Assembly (NCBI GenBank): GCA_023230525.1
Contig: JALNXE010000005.1
Span: 7,079 to 71,078, forward strand
Length of the DNA: 64,000 nt
DNA from: Desulfobulbaceae bacterium
Lineage (GTDB): Bacteria > Desulfobacterota > Desulfobulbia > Desulfobulbales > SURF-16
Direction: 5' to 3'
Shown here piece by piece: positions 53,694 through 62,785 of the stretch (position 1 is its first letter; each line of letters opens with the position of its first letter). The notes under the pieces are model-generated. The model was not told where the DNA came from. It was given only the letters and a program-made list of their open reading frames with translations, and made no database searches. The position numbers were made by a program, and so were the translations under genes.

Positions 53694-55022
53694 TTATAAT
53701 GTTTTGATTTTCTTGATCAGGCCGGTGGTGGAAAAATCACCGACCAGCTCAATGGTTTTCACCACGCCTCCGGCGGCCAAGACCTCCTGTGCCCCGACAA
53801 TTTTCTCCACCGGCCAGTCCGCGCCCTTGATCAGCACATCGGGCATCAGGGTGGTAATGAGCTGCAGTGGGGTTTCCTCGCCGAACAGCACCACATGGTC
53901 AACGCAACCCAGAGCGGCAAGCAGACGAGCCCTGCTCGTTTCACTGTTCACCGGCCGGTCAGGTCCCTTGATGGCCCGGATCGAGGCATCGCTGTTGACC
54001 CCCACCACCAGATAATCCCCCTCGCGCCGGGCCGCTTCCAGATAGGTGACGTGGCCCTCGTGGAGGATATCGAAGCAGCCGTTGGTGAACACCATCTTGC
54101 GGCCCGCCTGCCGGTAACAGGCGACTTTCTCCTGCAATCTTTCCAATTCACAGATCTTGTCCTGGTCGGCAAAACGGTATGGGGTTCTGCCCGCGGTCTG
54201 AAAAGCGGCTCTGGTCTCCGTGAGAAGTGACCAGTCAAGTTCTGCTCCGCCGCCCCCCTCTTCCGCCCCCGCCTCGGCCAGGATAGAACCGTCCGGGCCA
54301 ACCACCAGGGAATGACCGGCAAACACCGTGTCTCCGGTGGTGCCGCAGCGGTTGCAGGCAATGACAAAGGCCTGGTTTTCTATGGCCCTGGCCTGCAGCA
54401 GGATGCGCCAGTGGCCTTGCCTTGCCGCCGGCCATTGGGCGCTCACCACCAGCACCCCGGCTCCCCGGGCCGCTTGCCCCCCGGCCAGTTCGGGAAAACG
54501 CAGATCAAAACAGACCAGCCCGCCCAGCAGGCCCCAGGGCGTGCCCACCGGCAGCGGACTATCCCCGGGCGCGAAATAGCGGTCTTCCTCGATGGGGGCA
54601 AAGAGCTGTTGCTTGCGGTAGGCGCCAAGCATCCCGTCAGGCCCGGTGAAATAAAGGGTGTTAAGGTAATTTGTCCCGCCCGGCGCAACCCTTTTCTCCG
54701 GCAGCGACCCGGCAAGGCAGATCCGGTAACGGCCGGCCAGCTCCGAGAGACCGGCAAGCATCTCGCCGGTCGCTGCCGCCTGGCCAGCCAGCCCCTGGTA
54801 AAAAAATCCCGCTGACCAGAGCTCCGGCAGCACGATAACAGCTCCTGGCGGCGGGGCAAGGCTTTCGAGCAGCTCCCGCACCCTGGCCAGATTTTGCTTT
54901 GGCGAACCTGCCAGGACATCAATCTGCACAAACCCGCCGAAAACCGGGTGAGAGAAATCTGTTTGCTTTCTTGGATTTTTCAAGTATTTCATGATAGGTT
55001 GTCCACAAGGTAAAATCAGCAT
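53694..55022 (-). CDS. Fusion protein: carbon-nitrogen hydrolase (nitrilase superfamily) domain plus cytidylyl/adenylyltransferase domain (RfaE/HldE domain II-like)
   Basis: N-terminal half: VIVLPELWSAGF (catalytic Glu), LVCFDLRFPE (catalytic Cys), ARAIENQAFVIACN. C-terminal half: VFTNGCFDILHEGHVTYLEAAR...VVGVNSDASIRAIKGPDRPVN...VDHVVLFGE. The start could instead be the Met at 54992. Confidence 0.75.
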   Translation of the reverse strand: MLILPCGQPIMKYLKNPRKQTDFSHPVFGGFVQIDVLAGSPKQNLARVRELLESLAPPPGAVIVLPELWSAGFFYQGLAGQAAATGEMLAGLSELAGRYRICLAGSLPEKRVAPGGTNYLNTLYFTGPDGMLGAYRKQQLFAPIEEDRYFAPGDSPLPVGTPWGLLGGLVCFDLRFPELAGGQAARGAGVLVVSAQWPAARQGHWRILLQARAIENQAFVIACNRCGTTGDTVFAGHSLVVGPDGSILAEAGAEEGGGGAELDWSLLTETRAAFQTAGRTPYRFADQDKICELERLQEKVACYRQAGRKMVFTNGCFDILHEGHVTYLEAARREGDYLVVGVNSDASIRAIKGPDRPVNSETSRARLLAALGCVDHVVLFGEETPLQLITTLMPDVLIKGADWPVEKIVGAQEVLAAGGVVKTIELVGDFSTTGLIKKIKTL

Positions 55023-55105
55023 CGCAACGCGTGAAATATGCGCGAATAATACATGATTTCCGTTCTTTTTTTTAGCAAATTGATATTATTTCTCTCTATC
55101 AGGAG

Positions 55106-55786
55106 ATGACAGGCATGGCAATCATCCAGAATCTGTTTAAAAAATCCCCTTTCGGCCCCATTGTTGAGCACGCAAAAAAGGTCCATGAGTGTCTGGAAAT
55201 GATCAAGCCGCTCATGGAGGCCCTGGTCTATGAAAACTACGAACTCATCCATGAACTGCAGGCCAGGGTGAGCAAGCTCGAATATGAGGCCGACCTGATT
55301 AAACACCAGATCCGGGAAGATCTGCCCCGCCGCTTTTTTCTGCCGGTGGACCGGGAGGAACTGGACGGTTTTCTCGAGTGTCAGGAAAAAATGGCAGACT
55401 ACGCCCAGGACTTTGCCGTCATTCTCCGCATCCGCAAAACCAAGCTGCATCCCCATGTGCAGGACAAGTTTTTTGCTCTGGTTGACCAGATGTATCAGGT
55501 AAGCGGCAACCTCCTCACTGCAGCCGTTGAACTCAAAAACCTGGCCGAAGCCTCCTTCGGCGGCGCCGAGGCGCGGCAGGTGCTCTCTCTCATCCAGGGC
55601 CTTGGGGAAGAAGAGTGGAAGGCCGACAAGCTGGCCCGCTCACTGAGCATTGATATTTATCAGCTGGAAGGAAAGATAGGCACCTTTGATATCATCTTTT
55701 ATGAGAAAATGCTGCTCAAGATCGGCGCCATCGCCAATGAAGCGGAAAACGCCGGCGACTTTTTGCGGGCAATGATTATCAAATAA
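55106..55786 (+). CDS. DUF47 / TIGR00153 family protein (PhoU-like partner of PiT transporters)
   Basis: 226-aa helical protein (FGPIVEHAKKVHECLEM...) located immediately upstream of a PiT gene, the usual pairing. Confidence 0.75.
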   Translation: MTGMAIIQNLFKKSPFGPIVEHAKKVHECLEMIKPLMEALVYENYELIHELQARVSKLEYEADLIKHQIREDLPRRFFLPVDREELDGFLECQEKMADYAQDFAVILRIRKTKLHPHVQDKFFALVDQMYQVSGNLLTAAVELKNLAEASFGGAEARQVLSLIQGLGEEEWKADKLARSLSIDIYQLEGKIGTFDIIFYEKMLLKIGAIANEAENAGDFLRAMIIK

Positions 55787-55864
55787 CAGGCTGTCGTCAG
55801 CTGTGCGCCATCGGGTTCCTTGGCAAGAAACCCAATGGCGCAGGCATCGTGACAAGGTTTAACC

Positions 55865-57181
55865 ATGGATGTCTTTATTTTACTCTTCACAGGCCTCATC
55901 GGTTTTTACATGGCCTGGACGATCGGCGCCAACGATGTGGCCAACTCCATGGGCAGCGCCGTAGGTTCAAAATCCCTGACCATCAAAAAGGCGATTATCC
56001 TGGCTGGCATCTGCGAGTTTTCCGGGGCGGTGCTGGTAGGTTCCAGCGTAACGGAAACCATCCGCAAGGGGATTGTCAACCCGGACATGATTGCCGCCCT
56101 GCCCCATCTGCGCGATGGTGAAGCCGCCGCCCTGCTCATTATCGGCATGACCGCGGCCCTGCTTTGCTCCGCTTTCTGGCTGCACTTCGCCACCTGGGTG
56201 GGCATGCCGGTTTCCACCACCCATGCCATTGTCGGCGCCGTGGCCGGTTTCGGTGTTGTTGCCGCCGGCTGGCATTCAGTGGACTGGAACAAGATGAGCC
56301 AGATCGTGGCCAGCTGGTTTATCTCGCCCCTGGCGGGCGGGCTGGTGGCCTTTGTTCTCTTTAAATTTATCAGCACCTCAATCCTGGGCAAGGAGAAACC
56401 GGCTGAAGCCGTGCAAACCTATGCCCCTTTTATTGTTTTTTTAGTGGTCTTTGTCGTTACTCTGGCCACGATCTACAATGGCCTCAATCATATCATCAGC
56501 GGCCTGCAATGGCTTACCGGCTTCACCTCCATCCTCATCTCCGTGGCCATCGGCCTGATCTTAGCCGTTATTGCAAAAATCTGGATCAGCCGCCACCTGC
56601 GCGGCAAAGACACCCTGCCCATCGCCAAACAGCTGGAGGAGGTGGAAAAGATCTTTGTGCCGCTGGTCATTATCAGCTCCTGTTCCGTGGCCTTTGCCCA
56701 CGGCGCCAACGATGTGGCCAATGCCGTAGGCCCCTTTGCCGCCATCGCCCATATCATCAGACACGGCACCGTGGAGATGAAGGTCGGCGTCCCCCTCCCC
56801 ATCCTGGTCATGGGCGGCGCGGGCATCGTCGTGGGCCTCGCCACCTTCGGCTATAGGGTCATGGCCACCGTGGGCACCCAAATCACCGAACTCACCCCTT
56901 CCCGCGGCGTGGCCGCCGATATTGCCACGGCAGCCACCGTGCTGATCTGCAGCCGTCTCAGCCTGCCGGTCTCCACCACCCATACCCTGGTGGGGGCCAT
57001 CATGGGTATCGGGCTGGCCCGCGGTCTCGGCGGCATCAACCGGCCGGTGACGCAAAAGATCTTCGCCTCCTGGCTGGTTACCGTGCCGGCCGCAGCCTTG
57101 CTGTCGATCATCTTCTTTGTCGTCGGCCGTTATCTTTTCCTTGATAACGTCATCGATATCGTTCTTGCCGCCAGGAGGTAA
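55865..57181 (+). CDS. Inorganic phosphate transporter, PiT family
   Basis: Duplicated GANDVAN signature (IGANDVANSMGSAVG and HGANDVANAVGPFA) and about 10 TM segments. Confidence 0.92.
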   Translation: MDVFILLFTGLIGFYMAWTIGANDVANSMGSAVGSKSLTIKKAIILAGICEFSGAVLVGSSVTETIRKGIVNPDMIAALPHLRDGEAAALLIIGMTAALLCSAFWLHFATWVGMPVSTTHAIVGAVAGFGVVAAGWHSVDWNKMSQIVASWFISPLAGGLVAFVLFKFISTSILGKEKPAEAVQTYAPFIVFLVVFVVTLATIYNGLNHIISGLQWLTGFTSILISVAIGLILAVIAKIWISRHLRGKDTLPIAKQLEEVEKIFVPLVIISSCSVAFAHGANDVANAVGPFAAIAHIIRHGTVEMKVGVPLPILVMGGAGIVVGLATFGYRVMATVGTQITELTPSRGVAADIATAATVLICSRLSLPVSTTHTLVGAIMGIGLARGLGGINRPVTQKIFASWLVTVPAAALLSIIFFVVGRYLFLDNVIDIVLAARR

Positions 57182-58459
57182 TTGACCTTGCCCGCCTTCC
57201 TTTCCTTTGTCATACTGCTTGGCGCCCTCTTTGCTGCTGCGCCGGGCTATGGACTCACCGCCGGTGAAATAGCCGTTGTTGCCAACAAACAGCAACCGGA
57301 CAGCCTCAGCCTGGCCAGGTTCTATATGGACCAGCGCCGCATCCCGGCCGCCAATCTCATCACCATCGATATTGATCCGGCGGAAGACTGCCGGCGCAGC
57401 GATTATGACAATTTGATAGCCAAGCCTGTGTACGATTTTCTCAACAAAGAGGGGCGACAAGGAAAGGTCCGCTGCCTGGTGACCATGTATGGGGTGCCGT
57501 TGAAAATCAGCACCCCGGCCCTTTCCGACCAGGGAAGCGAAACCATAGCCCAGTTGACGAAAAAAATAGAGGAAATCACCCTGTCGCTTGCTAACGGTAA
57601 AGATGAATCCGTGCCGGATATACTGCGCGGCAAGATCAGCGATATCAAAAAGCAGATAAACTATTACACCAAAGTAAATGACATGCGGGCCGCGGTGGAT
57701 TCCGAACTGACTCTGGTATTGCAGACCCATCCTCTGGCCCACTGGCTGCCCAACCCCTATTACCGGGATCAGCAAGGTGAATTTCTGCCCTTCGGCCAAA
57801 AGGAGGTGCTCATGGTGAGCCGGCTGGACGCTTCAAGCCCGGAGCTTGTCAGAAGAATGATCACCGATACCCTGGCGGCGGAAAAGGAAGGGCTGCACGG
57901 CGAGGCCTTTTTTGATGCCCGCTGGCCGGATCCCGGCCTGAAGCAGGTGGACAGCTATGGCTGGTATGACCGGGCCATTCACAGGGCGGCAGATGTTGTC
58001 AGACAGAGCGGCAGGATGGATAAGGTGATTGTTGATGAACAGAGTGCCCTGTTTCAGCCGGGGGTTAGGCGCGATGCCGCTCTCTACTGCGGCTGGTACA
58101 GCCTGGCTAAGTATATTGACGCCTTCACCTGGCAGCAGGGGGCGGTGGGCTATCATATCGCCAGCAGTGAGTGCAGTACGCTGAAAAAGGAGGGAAGCCA
58201 GGTCTGGTGCAAGAGAATGCTGGAAAAAGGGGTGGCCGCCACCATCGGTCCGGTGGGGGAACCTTACGTGAACGCCTTTCCGCCGCCGGATCTCTTTTTT
58301 GCCTTTCTGATGGGCGGTAAAAATCTGGTGGAGAGCTATTTTTTCAGCCTGCCCCATCTTTCCTGGAAGATGGTGCTGATCGGCGATCCCCTGTACACTC
58401 CTTTTGCCGCTGCGCCGGAAAGCCATGGTACAGCGGCAAAGGATAAAGGAAGCTATTAA
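57182..58459 (+). CDS. TIGR03790-like secreted hypothetical protein
   Basis: Signal peptide, then IAVVANKQQPDSLSLARFYMDQRRIPAANLITID, MVSRLDASSPELVRRMI, and the C-terminal GEPYVNAFPPPD...SWKMVLIGDPLYTPF. This matches my recollection of that family's conserved blocks. The TTG start could be 57182 or 57188; AGGAGG lies at 57173-57178. Confidence 0.55.
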   Translation: MTLPAFLSFVILLGALFAAAPGYGLTAGEIAVVANKQQPDSLSLARFYMDQRRIPAANLITIDIDPAEDCRRSDYDNLIAKPVYDFLNKEGRQGKVRCLVTMYGVPLKISTPALSDQGSETIAQLTKKIEEITLSLANGKDESVPDILRGKISDIKKQINYYTKVNDMRAAVDSELTLVLQTHPLAHWLPNPYYRDQQGEFLPFGQKEVLMVSRLDASSPELVRRMITDTLAAEKEGLHGEAFFDARWPDPGLKQVDSYGWYDRAIHRAADVVRQSGRMDKVIVDEQSALFQPGVRRDAALYCGWYSLAKYIDAFTWQQGAVGYHIASSECSTLKKEGSQVWCKRMLEKGVAATIGPVGEPYVNAFPPPDLFFAFLMGGKNLVESYFFSLPHLSWKMVLIGDPLYTPFAAAPESHGTAAKDKGSY

Positions 58460-58527
58460 ACTAGACCCGATTTCTCAGTTGTGAGCAAAAAACTTTTTTT
58501 GATTGTTATGCGGAAATTTCGCTGTTG

Positions 58528-58734
58528 TTACTTGGAACAATAATAAACATCTTCTTTTTCGTCATAGTAGCAGCTTCCCTGGTGGCCTTCCGGGAACATA
58601 GTCCTATGAACTTTGCCAGGAACGCGTTTATAAAGCGTCTCATCTGATTTTCCAGCCTGCTGATTGGCGCAACCTGTCATGCTGACCATTGCCAGTAGTG
58701 CTGCCCCTGCCAGTAAAGGGAAAAAATTTCTCAT
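58528..58734 (-). CDS. Small lipoprotein
   Basis: 68 aa. MRNFFPLLAGAALLAMVSMTGCANQ has a lipobox, and the C-terminus is Cys/Tyr-rich (GSCYYDEKEDVYYCSK). Confidence 0.55.
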   Translation of the reverse strand: MRNFFPLLAGAALLAMVSMTGCANQQAGKSDETLYKRVPGKVHRTMFPEGHQGSCYYDEKEDVYYCSK

Positions 58735-58872
58735 ATCCTTCCTCCTGTGTTGTGGTTAAGTTCAATAGCTTCATTTTTTTATAATCTATTGCAATGCAGC
58801 AAAGAGTTATATAACCAACAATAGCAGTTTTTTTCTGGCAAAACAAATATTTTATTCCCTGCGGTAAATAAT

Positions 58873-59922
58873 CTAGTGAAGAATTATTCTCCCGGCTTCC
58901 CCCTCCCCCACCGTGCCAATAACCGCACAGGGCAGGGAAGAGGTGGCCCTTATTTTTTCAGCGATAAGGTGAATCTGCTCGGAAGAAGCGGCAATGAGCA
59001 AACCGCCCGAGGTCTGCGGATCGTAGAGAATCATCTCCAGGGGATCAAGCTCGGCCAGCTGACTGGTGACCCATTTCTCATAAAACTTTTTATTCTTATA
59101 GGCCCCTTCCGGGATGATGCCCAGGGAGGCAAAGTCATGGGTTTGCGGCAAGAGAGGCACCGCAGCGGTGTCCACCGTGATGGAAACCTTTGAGGCGTGG
59201 GCCATCTCAAAAAGATGGCCGATGAGGCCGAAACCGGTAATGTCGGTGCAGCCATGGGCTCCGACCTCGGCCATGGCATCGCCGGCGGCGCGGTTCAAGG
59301 TGATCATGCATTCGGTGATCAGCTTTTCCAGCTCCTCGCCGGCCAGCCCGCCCTTGATGGCGGTGGAGAGAATTCCCGTGCCCAGCGGCTTGGTGAGCAG
59401 AAGCTTGTCCCCCGGCCTGGCCCCGGAATTCAGCATGACCCGGTCCGGGTGCACTACGCCGGTGAGGGAAAGTCCGTATTTGAGCTCCTTGTCCTCGATG
59501 CTGTGTCCGCCCACCAGCAGGGCGCCGGCCTCTTTGATCTTTTCCAGGCCGCCCCGCAGGATATCCTTTAACACGGACTTGTCCATATCACCCAGGGGAA
59601 ACGCCACCAGATTCATGGCAAGCAGGGGCTTGCCGCCCATGGCATAGACATCGCTTAAGGCGTTGGCTGCGGCAATCTGGCCGAAACGATAGGGATCATC
59701 GACAATGGGCGTAAAAAAATCAACCGTCTGAATCAGGGCGCAATCATCCGTCAGCCGGTAAACGCCGGCATCGTCACAGCCTTCGGCGCCAACGATCAGA
59801 TTCGGATCTTTGGGCAGATCAAGGCCGCACAGTATCTGGTCCAGGTCCCCTGGACTGAGCTTGGCGGCTCAACCGGCTGCCTTGACCGTGCCTGTCAGTT
59901 TTATTTTTTTTTCAGATGCCAT
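58873..59922 (-). CDS. selD: Selenide, water dikinase SelD, selenocysteine-containing (in-frame TGA at 59869-59871)
   Basis: The ORF track shows only the C-terminal 255 aa (58873-59640). Hand translation from the ATG at 59922 gives [99 protein letters not shown]..., in frame with the listed ORF. The total is 350 codons including the stop. The TGA sits exactly where SelD has its catalytic Cys/Sec (GxG-U/C-xxK). Confidence 0.88.
59836..59868 (-). promoter_or_regulatory. Candidate bacterial SECIS hairpin downstream of the selD UGA
   Basis: The mRNA reads UGA GCCGCCAAGCUCA-GUCCAGG-GGA-CCUGGAC-CAG. A 7-bp stem (59855-59849 paired with 59845-59839) begins 13 nt after the UGA and has a G-rich apical loop. 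Confidence 0.5.
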
Positions 59923-60143
59923 TTTTGCCTGGATAAATTATTGAAGTTGCCGTAAACAGTTTTCTGACACCAGAAATCGGTGACGCTCATCAAAGGGATA
60001 ACCTCTGTAGCAGGTGGCCGCAGTCTCTTTTTCCCCGGCCGGCGCTTTTTACAGAATAAAGACAATTAAATCAGACAGCCGCCTGTTGCACAATGATAAA
60101 CTTCTTGGTGTCTGCAAGATTTTGTGGTTAAAATTATTTCCTT

Positions 60144-60905
60144 ATGAAAAAAACCGTCATTGATGTGCAAAATATGAGTTTTTCCTTCGGCAGCCTTGCC
60201 GTTCTTGAGGATGTCACCTTCACCATCAAGGAACGGGAAATGATCGGAGTCGTCGGCCCCAACGGCGGCGGAAAAACCACACTGCTGCGCCTGCTGCTCG
60301 GTCTCCTCAAACCAAACAGCGGTTCGATAACCATATTAGGCGTCCCCCCGGAAAAGGCCTCACACCGCATCGGCTATGTCCCCCAGCAACGGCTTTTTGA
60401 TCCGCTTTTCCCAGTTTCCGTGCTCGACGTGGTCATGATGGGCCGCGTCGGCAAGTGCTGGGGCGGACCGTTTACCAAAGAGGACCGGGAGCTTGCGGCC
60501 CAAGCTCTCCGGGATGTTGATCTGTACCACAAGCAGCAGGCCGCCTTTGCCGATCTGTCCGGCGGCCAGCGCCAACGCACTCTGATCGCCCGGGCCCTTG
60601 CCTCAGCGGCAGAGCTTCTTTTTTTTGATGAACCCACAGCCAATGTCGACAGTTTTGCCGAACAGAATATTTATAACCTGCTCAAAAAACTAAACGAAAA
60701 ACTGACCATTATCGTCGTTTCCCATGATGTGGGTTTCGTTTCCAAATATGTCAGTTCCGTGGTCTGCGTCAACCGTCTGGTGCATATCCATCCAACCTGC
60801 GAAATAGAGGGGAAAAATATCAAGGACATTTACGGCGCGGATCTGGCCATGGTGCGCCATGACCACCGCTGTTCCGAAAAAGGGCATACATGGGTCAATT
60901 TTTAA
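60144..60905 (+). CDS. Metal (Zn/Mn-type) ABC transporter ATP-binding protein
   Basis: Walker A GPNGGGKTT, signature LSGGQRQR, Walker B LLFFDEP. ZnuC/MntB-like size, and it is paired with an ABC-3 permease. Confidence 0.85.
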   Translation: MKKTVIDVQNMSFSFGSLAVLEDVTFTIKEREMIGVVGPNGGGKTTLLRLLLGLLKPNSGSITILGVPPEKASHRIGYVPQQRLFDPLFPVSVLDVVMMGRVGKCWGGPFTKEDRELAAQALRDVDLYHKQQAAFADLSGGQRQRTLIARALASAAELLFFDEPTANVDSFAEQNIYNLLKKLNEKLTIIVVSHDVGFVSKYVSSVVCVNRLVHIHPTCEIEGKNIKDIYGADLAMVRHDHRCSEKGHTWVNF

Positions 60906-61726
60906 GAGACTTGCAAACATATTCCTTTCTACAATATGCCCTGATCGCCGGGCTGCTGACCTCCATTTCCTGCGGCATCATCGGCTCCTATGTGACGGTA
61001 CGGCGCATAACCTATATTGCCGGCGCCATTGCCCACTGCACCCTGGGTGGCATGGGAGCAGCCCGTTTTCTGCAGAAGGAATATGCCTTTCCCGTCACCC
61101 CTTTGCAGGGAGCGGTGGCGGCCGCCCTGCTGGCGGCATGCATCATTGCCATGGTCAAACACTACGGCAGTCAGCGGGAGGATACGGTACTCAGCGCCAT
61201 CTACTCCATCGGCATGGCGATCGGTATCTTTTTTATCAGCCGGACAAGCGGCTATAACGATGATCTCATGAGTTACCTGTTCGGCGATATCCTGATGGTC
61301 TCCCAAAAGGACCTTCTTCTCATCGGCGCACTTGATCTGATCGTGGTCGGCGTGGTCTTTATTTTCTACAACAAACTTATTTCCGTCTGTTTTGATGAAG
61401 AGTTTGCCAGAATCAGCGGCATCAGCGTTGAGCTGTTCGATCTTCTGCTTCTGCTGATGATCGCCCTCACGGTGGTCCTGCTGGTGCAGGTGGTGGGTAT
61501 TGTCATGGTGGTGGCCATGCTGACCCTGCCGGCAGCCGGGGCGGGTCTGCTGGTCAAGCGCCTCTGGCATATGATGTTCACTGCCATACTTCTCTGCCTG
61601 GTGTGTACAACCGGGGGGCTGGCTATCAGCTATCAGTTTGATTTTCCGGCAGGAGCCACCATCATTATCATGGCCGGCATGGTTTATTTCTGCGCTATCG
61701 CCTTTAAAAGGCTGAAAAAAACATAA
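60890..61726 (+). CDS. Metal ABC transporter permease (ABC-3 family, ZnuB-like)
   Basis: 278 aa with about 8 TM segments. FLQYALIAGLL...GSYVTVRR is typical of the ABC-3 N-terminus. It overlaps the ATPase gene by 16 nt. No cognate binding-protein gene is in the window. Confidence 0.85.
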   Translation: MGQFLRDLQTYSFLQYALIAGLLTSISCGIIGSYVTVRRITYIAGAIAHCTLGGMGAARFLQKEYAFPVTPLQGAVAAALLAACIIAMVKHYGSQREDTVLSAIYSIGMAIGIFFISRTSGYNDDLMSYLFGDILMVSQKDLLLIGALDLIVVGVVFIFYNKLISVCFDEEFARISGISVELFDLLLLLMIALTVVLLVQVVGIVMVVAMLTLPAAGAGLLVKRLWHMMFTAILLCLVCTTGGLAISYQFDFPAGATIIIMAGMVYFCAIAFKRLKKT

Positions 61727-61759
61727 TCCACCCAGGGCCGGTGCGCGAACCGCCCCTCC

Positions 61760-62785
61760 TCAATATTCCATCTCCTCTTTCTGATCCCTGGTCAACAGAG
61801 ACATCACGGCCTGCTGACACGGTTTATCCTCATAAAGCACCTTATAGATCTGCTCGAGAATCGGCATATCCACCCCTTCCCGCCGGGCAAGCTTCCAGGC
61901 GGAGCGGGTGGTCTTTACACCTTCGGCCACCATTTCCATCTCGGCCAGGATGGTCTGCAGCTTTTTTCCCTGGCCCAGCTTCAGTCCCACTGTTCTGTTG
62001 CGGCTTAAATCCCCGGTGCAGGTGAGAACAAGATCACCCATACCGCCCAGTCCGGAAAAGGTCAGGGGATTTGCCCCCATCTTCACCCCCAGCCGGGTTA
62101 TTTCAGCTAACCCTCTGGTGATCAGAGCGGCCCTGGTGTTGGTGCCGTAACCCAGCCCGTCACTGATACCCGCGGCAATGGCCACGATGTTTTTCAGTGC
62201 CGCGCCGAGTTCCTGGCCGATCAGATCGGTGCTGGCATAAACCCGGAACCGCTCGGTGAAAAAGATATCCTGAATCCGGCCCGCCACCTCCCTTTTCCTG
62301 GCTGCCACCGTAACGGCGGTGGGAATGCCGGCTGCCACCTCCCTGGCAAAGGATGGCCCGGTGAGAACGCCGATCTCGGCTTTTCTGCGGCTTTTTTCGA
62401 GCTCGTCTGCCATTACCTGGCTCATGGTCATCAGACTGTCATTTTCAATGCCTTTGGTAGCGGAAACGATGAGGCAGTCATTGCCGAGAAAAGGGACAAG
62501 CTGCTGGAAAACAGCGCGGAAGACATGGGAAGGAACCACCATGAGGATATTTTTTTTGCCGCTGATGACCTCCTCAAGGGCCGCAGAGGCTTGTACCTTT
62601 TCATTTACGGTAAAGCCGGGAAGATATTTTTTATTTTCCCGCCCCTGGTTGATGGCATCGGCATGCTCCGGCCGGTGGGCCCATAAATGGACCCGGTGAC
62701 CCTTATCGCTCAAGAGCTTTGCCAGGGCAGTGCCCCAGCTTCCCGCCCCGATTACCGCTATGAGTTGTTCGTGCAGTAAGCTCAT
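61760..62785 (-). CDS. gpsA: NAD(P)H-dependent glycerol-3-phosphate dehydrogenase
   Basis: Contains VIGAGSWGTALA, ...KGIE..., NTRAALITRGLAEI and GDLVLTCT. Confidence 0.93.
   Translation of the reverse strand: MSLLHEQLIAVIGAGSWGTALAKLLSDKGHRVHLWAHRPEHADAINQGRENKKYLPGFTVNEKVQASAALEEVISGKKNILMVVPSHVFRAVFQQLVPFLGNDCLIVSATKGIENDSLMTMSQVMADELEKSRRKAEIGVLTGPSFAREVAAGIPTAVTVAARKREVAGRIQDIFFTERFRVYASTDLIGQELGAALKNIVAIAAGISDGLGYGTNTRAALITRGLAEITRLGVKMGANPLTFSGLGGMGDLVLTCTGDLSRNRTVGLKLGQGKKLQTILAEMEMVAEGVKTTRSAWKLARREGVDMPILEQIYKVLYEDKPCQQAVMSLLTRDQKEEMEY

Noticed and set aside
60089-60107. CACAATGATAAACTTCTTG is Fur/Zur-box-like and lies upstream of the metal ABC transporter genes.
   Set aside because: By my count only about 11 of 19 positions match the classical Fur box, and the dyad symmetry is poor. 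This is not enough to call a site without a lineage-specific matrix.
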